DNA of 64,000 bases, taken from NCBI RefSeq assembly GCF_001447785.1, contig NW_015167061.1, positions 589,538-653,537 of the forward strand. The letters run 5' to 3'. Shown piece after piece: positions 33,385 to 55,685 of the stretch. Origin of the DNA: Gekko japonicus. Its lineage: Eukaryota. Positions within the stretch are counted from its first letter, which is position 1; every line of letters starts with the position of its first letter. Below the pieces are notes generated by a model. It was not told the DNA's origin, did no database searches, and saw only the letters and a program-made list of their open reading frames with translations. The position numbers and the translations under genes were made by a program.

Positions 33385-35117
33385 TGAGCGTGCGAGGGGT
33401 GGGGGGCCCAATTGACTCCCCTCACACAAAACACAGGAGGGAGGATCTGTCCATGGCTGAACTGCAGACCTGCCAGGGAGGACAAAAAGCAGGAAACCAT
33501 TTTAACAGCAATCCCCTGCAGAGAGTGTTGAGTTCTAATCCAGCCTTGGCTTTGGATCCCACACACGGCCTCAGGTCGGTCGGTCTCACGGCAACACCAA
33601 AACTGGATTGATCTCAAACTGGTGTAACCACAACTACTTCCTTCACAAACAGCTGGGACTTATAATTATAAAAAGCTCCCTTCCTCAGACAGGAGAAATG
33701 GCGGTCTGAGGGATATTGTAAAGAATGCTTGAAAAGGATGCAAAGGTCACAATCGGCTTGAGGGGAAATGCCCGGGGGGCAGCAAATTAGCATCTGTAGC
33801 GAGATAAGAAGAGATTGGGTTTATACCCCACCCTTCACTACCTGAAGGAGTCTCAGAGCAGCTTACAATCCCTTTCTCTTCCCCTCCCCACAACAGATGC
33901 CCGGTGAGAGAACAACTCTGAGAGAACTTGTGACTGACCCAAGGTCACACCAGCAGCTGCATGTAGAGGAGGAGCGGGGTATCAAACCCGTTTCTCCCAG
34001 ATTAGAGTCCGTGCTCTTAACCACTACACCAAACTGGCTCTCTCCTATGTCTCAAGTCCATTGTTCTGAATTTGTGAATTCACTCAAATTCAGTAATATC
34101 ACATTGTAATCTCCCCTTGAAGCCTCCCTGTTTGAGGACTAAATTCTCAGGTCAGCATTTTCTCTCTGAACACCGTAAACTGGGGGGCGGGGGGGAAGAA
34201 GAGGATGGCGATTACAACATGCCTGTCATCTGGCTAGCTTGTACGGGAAACAGGACAACAGAGTAAGGCCAGCATTTTTGTGTTCTTAGTAATGCATGTG
34301 TATTATTTTAAAATAGCCTCTTTGGAAGAAGGCACGACACACGATAAACACGTTTTAAGAAGAACTAATGGAGGCTGCATGCAAGAACACGGCAAGGCCA
34401 TTTTGCTGCATGGATGACCGTCTGGCCGTTTGTCTGCGTCCTTGCTTTGTCAGCTGCGCTTTGCAAAAGGGCTGCCTGCAAACAAGAAAGGGCTCAATTA
34501 AGCAAAGGGCCTCTTGCAACCCTGCCTGCCAAGAACTGCCCACCCAGCACTAAAAGGCCTGCAAAACAGGACTGTCCTGTGAAGACCTGTCATTTCAGCA
34601 GAACACAGCGTGGCTTCAGTCCACCTGATCAGGTTTCCGAGCCTGGCCTCTTTCAGCAAGGGGAAGAACCAGGAACCTTTGGGTTCCCGGTAAAGAGGAG
34701 AACCGGCAGTCCCGTTTAGGACCGGCTTTTGGAGAAAAGCAGGGGGGAGAAAAGTCACTGCAAAGAACGGAGCGTGTTCAGTTCCGATCCCTGCCCTGTT
34801 TCTCTGACCCCATCACCACTTTTGAGTCACATAGAAGCCAGGGGAATGAAGAAACACGAACTTTCCCCATTGATCATCAAGTAGGAAACAGATGGATGGA
34901 CCCAAGTGCTGAGGTCAGGCGAAATATCTTCAGGGCAAGGGTGGCTGTGAAGGCAGGTCCCAACCCAACCCTCCTCTTTCTTGGCCTTAAGTAACGGGGT
35001 GCGTGAAGACATTTAGAGACACCCCCTCTGGCCACATATAGTACTGCGAAAGACGGGGTGCAGCTGGGATTTTGGGATTGTAGGGCTGGGGTGAGAGAGG
35101 TCCCCCAAACTCCCAGC

Positions 35118-35293
35118 CAGGCCCGTAGCTAATGTGGGGCATGTGGGGCCTGGCCCCCTAGTATTTCTTCTTGGCCCCCTCTCTCCCGGGCCAGTCCCGT
35201 CCCAAATTGAATTAATGTGATTAACTTTTATTTAATTAGCGGAGAACCCCCCCCCCAGGCCCCCTCCCCCAGTAATCTCTAGCTAAGGGGCTG
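35118..35293. mobile_element. hAT-type MITE
   Basis: TIR CAGGCCCGTAGCTA/TAGCTAAGGGGCTG with TSD CTCCCAGC. Confidence 0.75.
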
Positions 35294-35659
35294 CTCCCAG
35301 CCCTAACTAAGGGCTGGTGATGAAGGGGAGCGGGGAGGGTTGGACATGACCTACTGCACCATAGGGGTGCCGGTAGGCTGTCCCACCCCGTATATACCTT
35401 GTGGCCCTAGTTAGGGAAAAATGGTGACTAGCACCAACTTGTAAGCCGCTCAGAGACCCCTAGACAAGGGGTTCGAGCGGGATATAAAGTCAAATGATAA
35501 ATAAATAAATGACCAGAGAGATTCTCCGGCTTCCACGGAGGACTGGGAAATGAAACTAAGCGCTGCTGCAACTAAGCCCTCCTCGGAGAAGTGGCCCTGG
35601 ACCGGGCTCCCCTCGTCTGTCTTGACAACATCCTTGTGAGGCAGGCCAGGGGACCACCC

Positions 35660-36370
35660 CTCGATGCCGGCAACGCCTTCTGAGACTCGATTCTCTCTGC
35701 TGCGAAGAAGGCTGAAGGGAGGCCCCCACTTAAAGGCCCCGGGACTCGTTGCTCCTCCCAAGACGGAGGGCCGAGCTGAGCAGCCGCCCCGCTCCCGAGC
35801 CCGGAGTTCAGATCTTCCCCTTGCGCGGGGGGNNNNNNNNNNNNNNNNNNNNNNNNNNNNNNNNNNNNNNNNNNNNNNNNNNNNNNNNNNNNNNNNNNNN
35901 NNNNNNNNNNNNNNNNNNNNNNNNNNNNNNNNNNNNNNNNNNNNNNNNNNNNNNNNNNNNNNNNNNNNNNNNNNNNNNNNNNNNNNNNNNNNNNNNNNNN
36001 NNNNNNNNNNNNNNNNNNNNNNNNNNNNNNNNNNNNNNNNNNNNNNNNNNNNNNNNNNNNNNNNNNNNNNNNNNNNNNNNNNNNNNNNNNNNNNNNNNNN
36101 NNNNNNNNNNNNNNNNNNNNNNNNGGCCGCGGCTCCGCCCCTGGGCAGGTAGCCGGGCCGGGGGCGGCCTCCCCGCGCCGAGGCAGCCGGTCAGCTGACG
36201 CCTGGCGCCGCCCCGGGGGAGGGAGCCCGCCCGGCCGCCCAACCCCCCCCTCTCCCCGCAGGGAGCCCGGCCTCTGAGCACGCGCCGAGTGCTTTCTCGC
36301 CGCCCACCGTTTGGCCTTTTTTAAAGAAGAAGAAGACGGCATTGGATTGGGAAGAGTAAACGTCGGGTCT
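35660..36370 (-). promoter_or_regulatory. SLC66A1: CpG-island promoter and probable non-coding first exon of SLC66A1 (partly in an N gap)
   Basis: Very GC/CpG-rich with GC boxes. Tandem CCAATCCAAT on the minus strand at 36341-36350. The first coding exon has a splice acceptor at 33470, so an upstream exon must exist. Confidence 0.6.
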
Positions 36371-36416
36371 AAACGGTTTTTACATCGAAACGAAATAAAA
36401 CCACCATCCTAGTGTA

Positions 36417-36933
36417 AAAGGTAAAGGTCTCCCTTGCTCGAAAGCCAGTCGAGTCCGCCTTTAGGGTTGCGGTGCTAATCTCCGTTTCCAAGCCGAAGAG
36501 CCAGCGCTGTCCGAAGACATTTCCGTGGTCATGTGGCCGGCATGACGAAACACCAAGGCGCACGGAACGCTGTTCCCTTCCCACCGAAGTGGTCCCTATT
36601 TATCTACTTGCAGTTTCTGGCTTTCGAACTGCTAGGGTGGCTCATCTCCGTTTCCAAGCCGAAGAGCCAGCGCTGTCCGAAGACGTTTCCGTGGTCATGT
36701 GGCCGGCAGGACTAAACACCAAGGCGCACGGAACGCTGTTACCTTCTTCCCACCGAAGTGGTACCTATTTATCTACTTGCAATTTCTTGCTTTCGAACTG
36801 CTAGGTTGGCAGGAGCTGGAACTAGAGACGGGAGCTCACTCCGTCATGCGGCACACTCGGGTCTCGAAGTGCTGAACTACCGACCTTCCACAGCCTGCAG
36901 GTCAGCATCTTAACCACTTGAGCCACCACAGCT
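36417..36933 (-). mobile_element. Sauria SINE with an internal duplication of about 165 bp
   Basis: TSD TCCTAGTGTA; the segment CTCCGTTTCCAAGCC..CTGCTAGG occurs twice. Confidence 0.85.
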
Positions 36934-37473
36934 TCCTAGTGTAGGTCATGTGCTTAGTCTACAAGGGGCACCACGGAAATCGCGCACCCACAGATCCGTG
37001 GCACCACAACCAATGTTCCCTCTAAGCTGTGGAGTCTTGTGAGCAAAAATTCTACTTTGTGAGCTACTGGCATTCAGGCTGTAAGCGAGCGATTTGGCGA
37101 CTGCGTGAATTAGTTTGCTCCGGAGCCGTCCTTCCTGAGCTGGGACAAAAATGTGTGAGCTGGAGGCTAAAAAACTGTGAGCTAGCTCACACTCACTCAG
37201 CTTAGAGGGAACACTGACCACAACCGCGCAAAAACATGACTCCAAACCACGGATCCTCATGAATTCGTATGATTTTCACGCTGGAATGATGGCCTTGGAC
37301 TCCTAGGGGCAAATCCCACCTCTCGCATGGGATGGCCGAGCGCCAACGCCTGCTTCGTCGCCCCCCCCCCCCCCCGCCGGNNNNNNNNNNNNNNNNNNNN
37401 NNNNNNNNNNNNNNNNNNNNNNNNNNNNNNNNNNNNNNNNNNNNNNNNNNNNNNNNNNNNNNNNNNNNNNNNN

Positions 37474-37612
37474 TTGTGGTGCAAGTTGTGGCCACGGATG
37501 TGCTATGTGATTTGATGGTGTGTTTGGGGTGACCTCTGGCGTCAAGCCAGAGGTCACCCCAAACACACCATCAAATCACATAGCACATCCGTGGCCACAA
37601 CTTGCACCACAA
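37474..37612. repeat. Perfect 67-bp inverted repeat with a 5-nt loop
   Basis: 37474-37540 is the exact reverse complement of 37546-37612. Confidence 0.95.
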
Positions 37613-37696
37613 AAAGCACAGATCCATTCTGCAAAAACATGATTCTAAAGCACGGATCCTTATGGATCGCTGGGATTTTCGTGTTTGGGCATCCCA

Positions 37697-38037
37697 AGGT
37701 AAAGGTTCCCTTGCCTGAAAGCCAGTCGAATCCGACTCTAGGGTTGCGGTGCTCATTTCCGTTTCCAAGCCGAAGAGCCAGCCCTGTCCGAAGACATTTC
37801 CGTGGTCATGTGGCCGGCATGACTAAACACCGAGGCGCACGGAACGCTCTGACCTTCCCACCGAAGTGGTACCTATTTATCTACTTGCAATGTCTTGCTT
37901 TCGAACTGCTAGGAAGGCAGGAGCTGGAACTAGAGACGGGAGCTCACTCCGTCATGCGGCACACTCGGGTCTCGAACTGCTGAACTACCGACCTTCCACA
38001 GCCTGCAGTTCAGCGTCTTAACCACTTGAGCCACCGC
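37697..38037 (-). mobile_element. Sauria SINE
   Basis: Full-length copy flanked by a repeated CATCCCAA. Confidence 0.88.
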
Positions 38038-38927
38038 CATCCCAAACATATCCTTAAATCCCATATCATGTCACAGCGCCCAGGATCTGGGGCAGTGAGG
38101 CTCTGTCTTCTTGGTGCTTGGGGGGCAAGAGTGGGAGGGCTTCTGGAGTTCTGGCCCCACTGCTGGTGGACCTGCTGAGGGCACCTGGGTTTTGGCCACT
38201 GTGGGACACGGGTGTTGGACTGGATGGGCCCGATCCAGCATGGCTTCTCTAATGTTCTAATGGAAAATAACCCTCAGCCCCCCCCCCCAGTTTTGCCACT
38301 TGACAAAAAGCAGCCTCATTAAGCAAAAAACATTGACAAAATAGAATGCCGATTCCTTCCATCTGTGCGGAGTTCTAGGCGGGCCTTTGCTCTGATCCGG
38401 CAGGGCCGATCTGGTGTATTTCCAGACTCAACGGAACTGCCATGCTCAGGAGCAGTCTACCTGAGTGCCAGCCCAGTGGCAGGGTCCGCGCAGCCCTTCT
38501 GGGCGTCTCAGGAGCACCGGGCTGGCCACGCTGGCAACAGGCTGCCGGGCAGAAGGACCCTTCCATTCGATCCAGGCAGCCACTTTCTAAGGAGAGTAAA
38601 AAAATCTCTCGCTCACGGTCCCTACCACCAATGCTCCCTCTAAGCTGTGGAGTCTTGCGAGCAAAAATTCTACTTTGTGAGCTGCTGGCATTAAAGTTGT
38701 GAGCCAGCGATTGGGCTGCTGCATAAATCAGTCTGCTCTGGAGCCCCATCCTCCCTGAGCTCAGACAAAAATGTGTGAGCCGGAGGCTCAAAAACTGTGA
38801 GCTAGCTCACACTAACTCAGCTTACAGGGAACACTGCCTACCACCACCTCTTCTGGCACCTGGAATTTCGCGACGGTCCCTTGCCTGGCGCCGGCCCCGC
38901 GAAGGAGGCGGCCGCGCATGCGCTGAG

Positions 38928-48146
<9,219 letters not shown>

Positions 48147-48759
48147 GGGTCTCCGCATCACTGTATTCTTGCTGCCCAGGAGTCCCACCTCCTCTCCCCT
48201 GGGCTCCGGCCACTGTTGCCTTCAATCAATAACATTTCCCCCCCCCCCCCCCCCGTCTGAAATTTAGTATAAATGGATTTTGATTCTTATGGGTTTTCTC
48301 TGCCTTTCTACAGAAGAGGGATAAAAGTAGCGTGGACGTTCAAATCATTATGATTGAAGGCAAGGACTGGACTGTTATGTCACCCTCCCCCCTGCTTTGA
48401 AGAACCTTTTTTTACCCAGTTCTGAATAAATTGTTTCCTAAACGAAGGTGCTCTGTCTTTGCAAAAAGCGCATTGCCCTTTCCAGAGGAGCCAGGAATCC
48501 TACACTGCTTTCTCCCTGTTCTGTTAGAATATAGTCTCTGCTCAGGGTTTGACCTGCTCTGTTCAGAAGGGGGGAAATTAGAGGAAACATTGTTTGCATC
48601 CCCTTGTGTGAGGAGACAGACAGACCAAGACGTTACCAACCGGTTTCACACTTTTATAAAAAGCGTCTGTCTTCTGATAAATAAAGTCTTTAGCGGATCA
48701 GCTCAGTCCTGTATCCCAGCGGAAAAAGAACTCCCAAAGGTCCCTTTTGCGGCGGTTGG

Positions 48760-51700
48760 TCAGTCCTCCGTCTCCCCGTTGCTCTCTTCTGCCAAGTCCA
48801 CATCACCCTCCTCCTCCTCCTCCTCCTCTTCCGGTTGTTCTGCCACGTCTCCTGTGAGCTGTTCGAAGTCTCCCGTCTCGGCACACCATACGCTCCTGAT
48901 GGTCACCTTGAACTCCGCCATTTTGTAGCCGAAGAGTTTCTGAAAGCAAAGGACCCGTCACACACACTCAGCGGCCGCCACCCGGGACTCTTTCTGCTGT
49001 GAAAATGATGCTCTGGATCCTAGCGTAGGCAGGTGGGTCCAGATTTGCGCAAACTGATCATTCTTTTGGGCGTTTTGCTGCCATCTCACCTTGGTAGCAA
49101 GGAGGACCAGCAACTTAAAGAAGAAAACCAACCCTGAACTAAACGGTAGAACGATCTGAAAGTAGATCTAAGTTCCACCTCCCAGTGAAAAAGGAGAAGA
49201 CAAAAGAGGCTCAAGTTTTGGGAGGTTTGCAGTAGGACAGGTGCTCAGTTCTTTTCTCTTCCCCCCCACCCCCCATTTTCACTGTCTAGAACAAGAATCT
49301 CAATCAGGAGTGGCAAGGGGCGACTATTTGGGGCTGTACTTCATTCACTTTAAACGCCACCCCCCTTATTAATTCATAGGCAAGGATCAGCCCGCAGAGA
49401 CTCCTAGAATGTTGCAAAGAAAGCGTCAGACCAAGTCCTTCCTTGCACACCCCCGCCTTGTACCCTGTCCCTCAATAACAGTGGTGGCGAACCTATGGCA
49501 CGGGTGCCAGAGGTGGCACTCAGAGCCCTCTCTGTGGGCACGCGTGCCATCGCCCCAGCCAGGCCCAGACCATCATTAAAGTGTTGAATTCTCTGCCAAG
49601 TAATTTTAAGTAAATGAAAGCATTTGGGATTGCTTTCCTTACTTTGTTTGGATCACCTTAAGTTAATGTATGAGTTGTTTTTTCTAAAGTAAAACCTCAG
49701 TATTCAGGTTAAATTGCCGTGTTGGCACTTTGCGATAAATAAGTGGGTTATGGGTCGCAGTTTGGGCACATGGTCTCTAAAAGGTTCGCCATCACTGCTC
49801 TATAATAAAGTCTACAGGCCATAGAAGTGAGAGGATTCCCTTTTGAGGCCTTTAACTGGCTACTTACCAGGATGCGTGCCTGTTCGGGGGTCAGGACATC
49901 TCCCTCTTTGCAGACCTCATAGTCGGAAATCAGTGTCACCACGCCTGCAAAACACAGAAAGACCCAGCTTTGACAGAAAATAGAGGAAAGCTGATGTGAG
50001 GCGAGAATGAATTACTGTCCCTCGCTCCCAATAGCTTACTATGGGCAATACCGTGACGTGATGTCTGTCAGCTAACCTCCAGGAGGGGCCAAGGGGAGGG
50101 GCCGTGGCTCAGTAGAAGAGCCTCTGCTTGGCGTGCAGAAGGTCCCCGGTTCCATCCCCGGCATTTCCAATTAAAAAGGGCCAGGCAGGTGATGGGAAAG
50201 ACCTTCTCCGCCCGAGACCCTGGAGATCAGCTGCCTGTCTGAGTAGACAAGACTGACTTTGATGGTTCAGTCGAAGGCGGCTTCAGGTGTTCATGTGAAC
50301 AGGCTTGAATTGGCACAGTTGTTTCTTGCACAGAACTGAGCTGAAATGGATGGTCCTGGGTCTCCTAGCCAAGTTCACCTTTAGGGACGCTGGGCACACT
50401 CTGCCCTTCGAGGGCACCGGGTAATATTCCACCAGGGCGAGGTTATCCAGGGGACTTGAAACCCTGCTGGGGAATGGAGGAACTGACTTGTGGAGGACTG
50501 GCGGAGCAGACCATGGGGCCCCGCAGCTCAGGGGTCTTCTTGAGCCCTCAAACCCAGGGCCAAGAGCACGAATACTGCTGCGAAGGACAGCCAGTTGCCT
50601 GCCTGCCCGCTGTTGGAGGGACTGGTAACTTTAGCTGCAGAGGGGTTAGAGAACGCCTTCTTGCTCAGACCGAGAGCCCCACAGGTTATGAGCAAAGCCC
50701 TGAGGAAGGGTGGGACTTTCCCTCCCTCCATGCATGGCCTGTTTAGGAACACATAATCAGTGCAGGAGAATGTTCTGTGTCGAAGTGTGGTCCCGCTCTG
50801 GACACTGCTCGCATCTCTCAAGACCCATCACAAACCTTTTTTCAGGGCGGTGGGCAATCCCAGCTGCCGCAACTGAGGCTCCATGGAGTGGGGAAACTGC
50901 TCCAGCGGTCCCTGATCCAGGCCGACGGTGAAAGTTGCCTTGTTCCCTGACCGGGCAAAGTCCACCTCTTTAAACTCTGCAAACCAGCTGGGGAGAAAAG
51001 GAGAGACAAATGCCGTCTTGAGCAGGGGGTGACTGGGACACCCTGAGGACAGGCAACAACTGTTAACTAGACCTTGGATCGTTACCATTAACGGGAAGAT
51101 CATGAAGGAGACATGGGAATGTGGGACCAAGGAACAGTCACTTCATTTATTCACAAGGTGAGCAACAGCCCTGTGCTGAAGGGGGCTGTGTTTGCATACT
51201 CCCCCAACTTTCACATGTTTGTTCTCTTAACAATAACCATGGCCTCTTAGTGAGAGAAATGGTGCTCTGAAGCTTGGAGCTTGAAGGCCAGGCTTTTTTA
51301 AATGGCCAGACGAGGGCTACAGACACTTACTCAAGGACTTCAGCTTTGGTGCGATTGGAGAAGAGAAGGCCAACCTCTCCCCGCAGATGTTTGCTGACCT
51401 AGAAAACAGAGAGGCTTGAAGAATTAGGGCTCCCGTCCCAGAGCAGTGACGCCTTTCCCCCTCTTGGAGCTGCGCCACTAGGGCTTACCTGGTGCAAGTT
51501 CTCTTTGTATTCGTCAGCCGGGCTCCGTCCCAGGGCTACCATCATCACTTTGTTCTTCCCAAAGAAGATTCTGCAAGGAAGACGCAACCAAATGCAGCGG
51601 TGAGGGAAGACCAGGGAGTGAATCATGCATCCATTCTCAGCTGTGAGAGTTAAAATACTCTCCCAAATTAGTCAGCTCAATTTTTACTCTAAAATTAAAA

Positions 51701-54700
51701 AATGCAATTCTAAAGCACTTGCTAATGAACGAGCTTATCAGCTTAATTTGTTGTGGTATCTGGATGTTAGCCTTTCAGGTGTGGGGGTGCATTTGTATCC
51801 ACTTCCCCTCTCCCATTTCTCCCCATTCTTTTTAAACCCTCCAGCTGAAAAGCTCAATATCAGGAGATATTTGGAGAAGAGGCCTCACCTGCTGTGCTTC
51901 CAGGCATTGCGGATATCTTTCAGTCTGTTGTTTCTGACATTGGCAATGGAGAAAATATAGACATATTTGTAGATGTCCACAGATTTCCGGAGCTGATGGC
52001 AAAGAAATTCGGATGTTACAGCAGAAGATGAAATTCCCCTCCATTGAACAGTTCTGGTAGGCTCTGAACAACAAGTCAAAGTCAGGCTCCTCATATTAGA
52101 TGGAAACCAAAAAATAAGGGGAACCAGTGTACATGAAAAGGTAGAAAGCACAAAAAAAACGCTGGCTAAAGATAAACAAAAATGTATAAAAATAACATTT
52201 AATGCCAAGTACAATAATACAGTCATGTAACTACATAAAGCCAAGGCGTTCTTACAAGAAACAACAATAATACAGAAAAATAAAGTCCCAAAAATTTCAA
52301 TGTGTCTCTCCCGTTGTATTGTAATTCCATAGTCCAACTTTTGACATACATGATAGAGTGGACTCATATAGTTCCTGGGAAATCCATATAATCTTGAGAT
52401 CCATAAGCCATAATATATCTATGCAATTTATACATATTGTCTGATTGTTTATCCTCATTTGTGCTTGTCTTGAATTTGTATTTAGACCAACTGTAGCTTA
52501 TCGGTTTTCAAAAAGAATTATTCGAAACGTGGCAGCTTGCATCCGGACTATGCGTCTCCATGGCTTGGTTTGGTGTCGTGGTTAAGTGCATGGACTAATC
52601 TGGGAGAACCGGGTTTGATCCCCACTCCTCCACTTGCACCTGGCTGGATGGTCTTGGGCAAGCTGTAGTTCTGATAATGAGCTGCTCTTGAAAAAGAGCA
52701 GTTTCTGCCAAGAGCTCTCTCAGCCCCACCTACCTCACAGGGTGTCTTGTTATGGGGAGGGGAAGGGAAAAGGAGTTTGTAAGCCACTCTGAGACACCTT
52801 TGGGTCGTGAAGGGCGGGGTATAAATCCAATCTCTTATTATTATTATTATGGATTTCAAGATTATATGGATTTTCCAGGAACTATATGAATCCACTCTAT
52901 GATGAATGTATGTCAAGTTGGACTGTTGAATTACAATACACAGGAGCGAAACACATTGAAATTTTTCGGACTTCATTTTTATGTATCAGACTTGTTTTGT
53001 GTAAGAACACCTTGGCTTTATATAGTTATCTGACTGTATTATTGTACTTGGCATTAAATATTATTTTTATACATTTTTGTTTATATTTAGACAGCATTTT
53101 TTTGGTGTGCTTTGTACCTCCTCATATTAGATAGCATCCGATATGCAAGCAGAGAGCCACCCAAATGATAATTCTTCCCACATGAGAAGCCTTGCAACAA
53201 AACATTTATTTGCAGTCTTCCTGCCCAACTGTGACAACTTCTGACCTCTCAAAGAATGGGAGAGAATAAGAATTCCTTCAGTATTGTTGCCCTTTCAGAC
53301 AATTTTGCTTTGGCTTGGAAATGCACGGCTGCGATGATGACGTGACTTACCTCTCCTATCAAGTTCTGCTTAAATTCTAAACCTTTCTTGGGGGTCTTGG
53401 TCAAAGAAACTGGGAAAACAAAAGCAAAGCTTCAGTTTGACAAGATAGCTGCACATAACCAAAAAAAAAAAAGGAACGGCACAAAAGCATTTGTCTGTCT
53501 TGCTCGTTTCTCTACTGCTCCCTGATCCCTTTTTCCATCTCTCCACCACTCCCTGGTCACCTCTTGAGATCTATAATCCCTCTCTAGCCCCGCTTGTCTT
53601 AATTTCTGTATTCAGCACTGAGGATATGGATGGCGTATATTATCCCACCTCCCTGCCAAAGCTCTTTGGTGAGTGCACCACAGCTTCTTAGATCCCAGAT
53701 CTCTACACCTCATCAAAAGCCAGCTCCAGCTGTTGCACAGTTCAGGATCTCAGTAAGAAAAGTAAACAGAGCAAAGGGATTCAGAAAAAGCCCAGGTACA
53801 TCTGCACACAACTGGCTGCAGTCCGGTTACTCTATTTGCATAATTTATTTATTTATTTACAGGGTTTAACAGTTGCCCTTTTACAATATTGGCAGCTGGG
53901 ACACCTAACAAAGGTTTAAAACAATCCCTTACAGGACCCCTTCCCCCACACCCAATAAGAAAACTCGGGCTGTGAAGAGCCCTTTCCCTTTCAGCAAATG
54001 GGCTGGTGAAGGACAAAAGCCGCAATGAATACAGCGAGACTTCCCTCTGAATAAGGCACAGGCCGAGTTTTAACAGGCTCAGAGGCAACAAGGACAGGAA
54101 CTGCGCAGAGAGGTGGGGAAGAATCAATACATATTGACCTGGGGCACTGCATAATGGTTAGGGGACTGAGCTACAAACCGGAAAGATGCCTGTTCTACTC
54201 TCCCTCAGTTAGGTGACTTTAGGCAAGCCCCTCTCAGCCTGAATGGAGCCACTGCAATGGGAACGGCCATAACTCAGCAACTGCTCTGCATACAGAAGGG
54301 CAGTTCATTTAAGATGTTTCAGCCCGTCTGCCTCCTAAAGAGGGCTCCAAGCAGACTGCAGTTTTTAAAAAAGATACCAGAATAAAACACTCCAGCCCCC
54401 CAGCATAACCAACGGAGCAAGGCTACTCCCCCAGCCCCTACCCACCCTCCAGGTAGACTCTGGAGATCTCCCAGAATTACAGCGGGAGCAGTGACTCCCA
54501 AAAGCACCTACCCTGCCACAAATTTTGCCAGTCTTTAGGATGTTACTGGACTGTCGCTCTTTTCTGCCAAAAATTCAAATTAAATACTAATTAACCGCTA
54601 CAAAATGCTAATTCCACAGCAATAGGCAAAGGCTACAGTCACACACACTAAACAATCCACTGTCAATGCACTTTCCAACACACACTAAACAATCCACTGT

Positions 54701-55685
54701 CAATGCACTTTCCAACACACACTAAACAATCCACTGTCAATGCACTTTCCAACCAGTATTCCGTTCACTCTAAGTTGGGTTAGTGTGAACTAGCCCACAG
54801 TAATTTAGCCTCTGGGTCACACATTTGTCTCAGCTCAGGGGCTCCAGAGCAAACTCATTGATGCAGCGGCTGAATCACTCGCTCACAACTTCAATGCCAG
54901 TAGCTCACAAAGTAGCATTTCTGCTCACAAGACTCCACAGCTTAGAGGGAACATTGCTTCCAACTGGATTTTACTGTGTGAAACTGGCAATATCCAGTTG
55001 GAAAGTTGGATTGACGGTCGATTATTTCGTGTGTGTGAGCGCAGCCAAAGAGCGGCCAGTCAAAACCTGGACTCCACTTGGCACATTCCGGCCATACGCA
55101 AGAACGGGGCAGCCTCCCCACCCATGCGTCCTCTAAGCTGTAGAGTCTTGTGTGAGCAACTGGCATTAAAATTGCGAGTGAGCAATTTGGCAGCTGCATA
55201 GATGACTTTGCTCTGGAGCCAGCCTTCCTGAGCGGAGACAAAAAAGTTTGAACCAGAGGCTAAAGAACTGTGAGCTAGCTCACACTAACTCAGTTTAGAG
55301 GGAACACTGCCCACGGCTCGGCCCAGTTGGTCTATCTGGCTTTACCCGTGCAGGCCCGGCTGCCTTTCAAAGGGGCGGGCTGTGTTAGCTGTGTTGTGGG
55401 TTTCTTTTTTTTTGGGGGGGGGGGTCTACTCAGAGAAGTTTCAACCAATGCTCCCTCTAAGCTGTGGAGTCCTGTGAGAAAAATTTCTACTTTGTGAGCT
55501 CCTGGCATTAACAGTTGTAAGCGAGCGATTTGGCGGCTGCATAAATCAGTTTGCTTTGGAGCCCTCCTCCCTGAGCTAAGACAAACAAGTGTGAGCCGGA
55601 GGCTAAAGAACTAGGAGCTAGCTCACACTAACCCAGCCTAGAGGGAACACCGCTCACCCTTCTTGTCCCGCTTGGACTTGGGCAT
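48760..55685 (-). CDS. MRTO4: mRNA turnover protein 4 homolog (ribosome maturation factor), 249 aa. Exons (minus strand): 55685-55658, 53409-53351, 51992-51889, 51570-51489, 51398-51331, 50987-50836, 49944-49868, 48939-48760
   Basis: MPKSKRDKK|[20 protein letters not shown]|[16 protein letters not shown]|[16 protein letters not shown]..|[13 protein letters not shown]..|[23 protein letters not shown]..|[26 protein letters not shown]|[10 protein letters not shown]..acidic tail. Exons sum to 750 nt. Confidence 0.97.
49479..49797. mobile_element. hAT non-autonomous element
   Basis: TIR CAGTGGTGGCGAACCT/AGGTTCGCCATCACTG with TSD CTC(A/T)ATAA. Confidence 0.85.
52087..53132. mobile_element. AT-rich element with ~270-bp inverted arms (Penelope-like), carrying a nested SINE
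   Basis: Arms ~52140-52405 and ~52847-53118; 15-bp direct repeat CTCCTCATATTAGAT at both ends. Confidence 0.55.
54631..55047. mobile_element. Palindromic (Harbinger-like) MITE with a 37-bp x3 tandem repeat (54641-54751) and a nested family-A MITE
   Basis: Ends GGCTACAGTCACACACAC / GTGTGTGTGAGCGCAGCC flanked by AAA. A related remnant lies near 39365-39455. Confidence 0.6.

Noticed and set aside
54641-54751. 37-bp x3 repeat as a CRISPR-like array
   Set aside because: No spacers; a tandem duplication inside a MITE in eukaryotic DNA.
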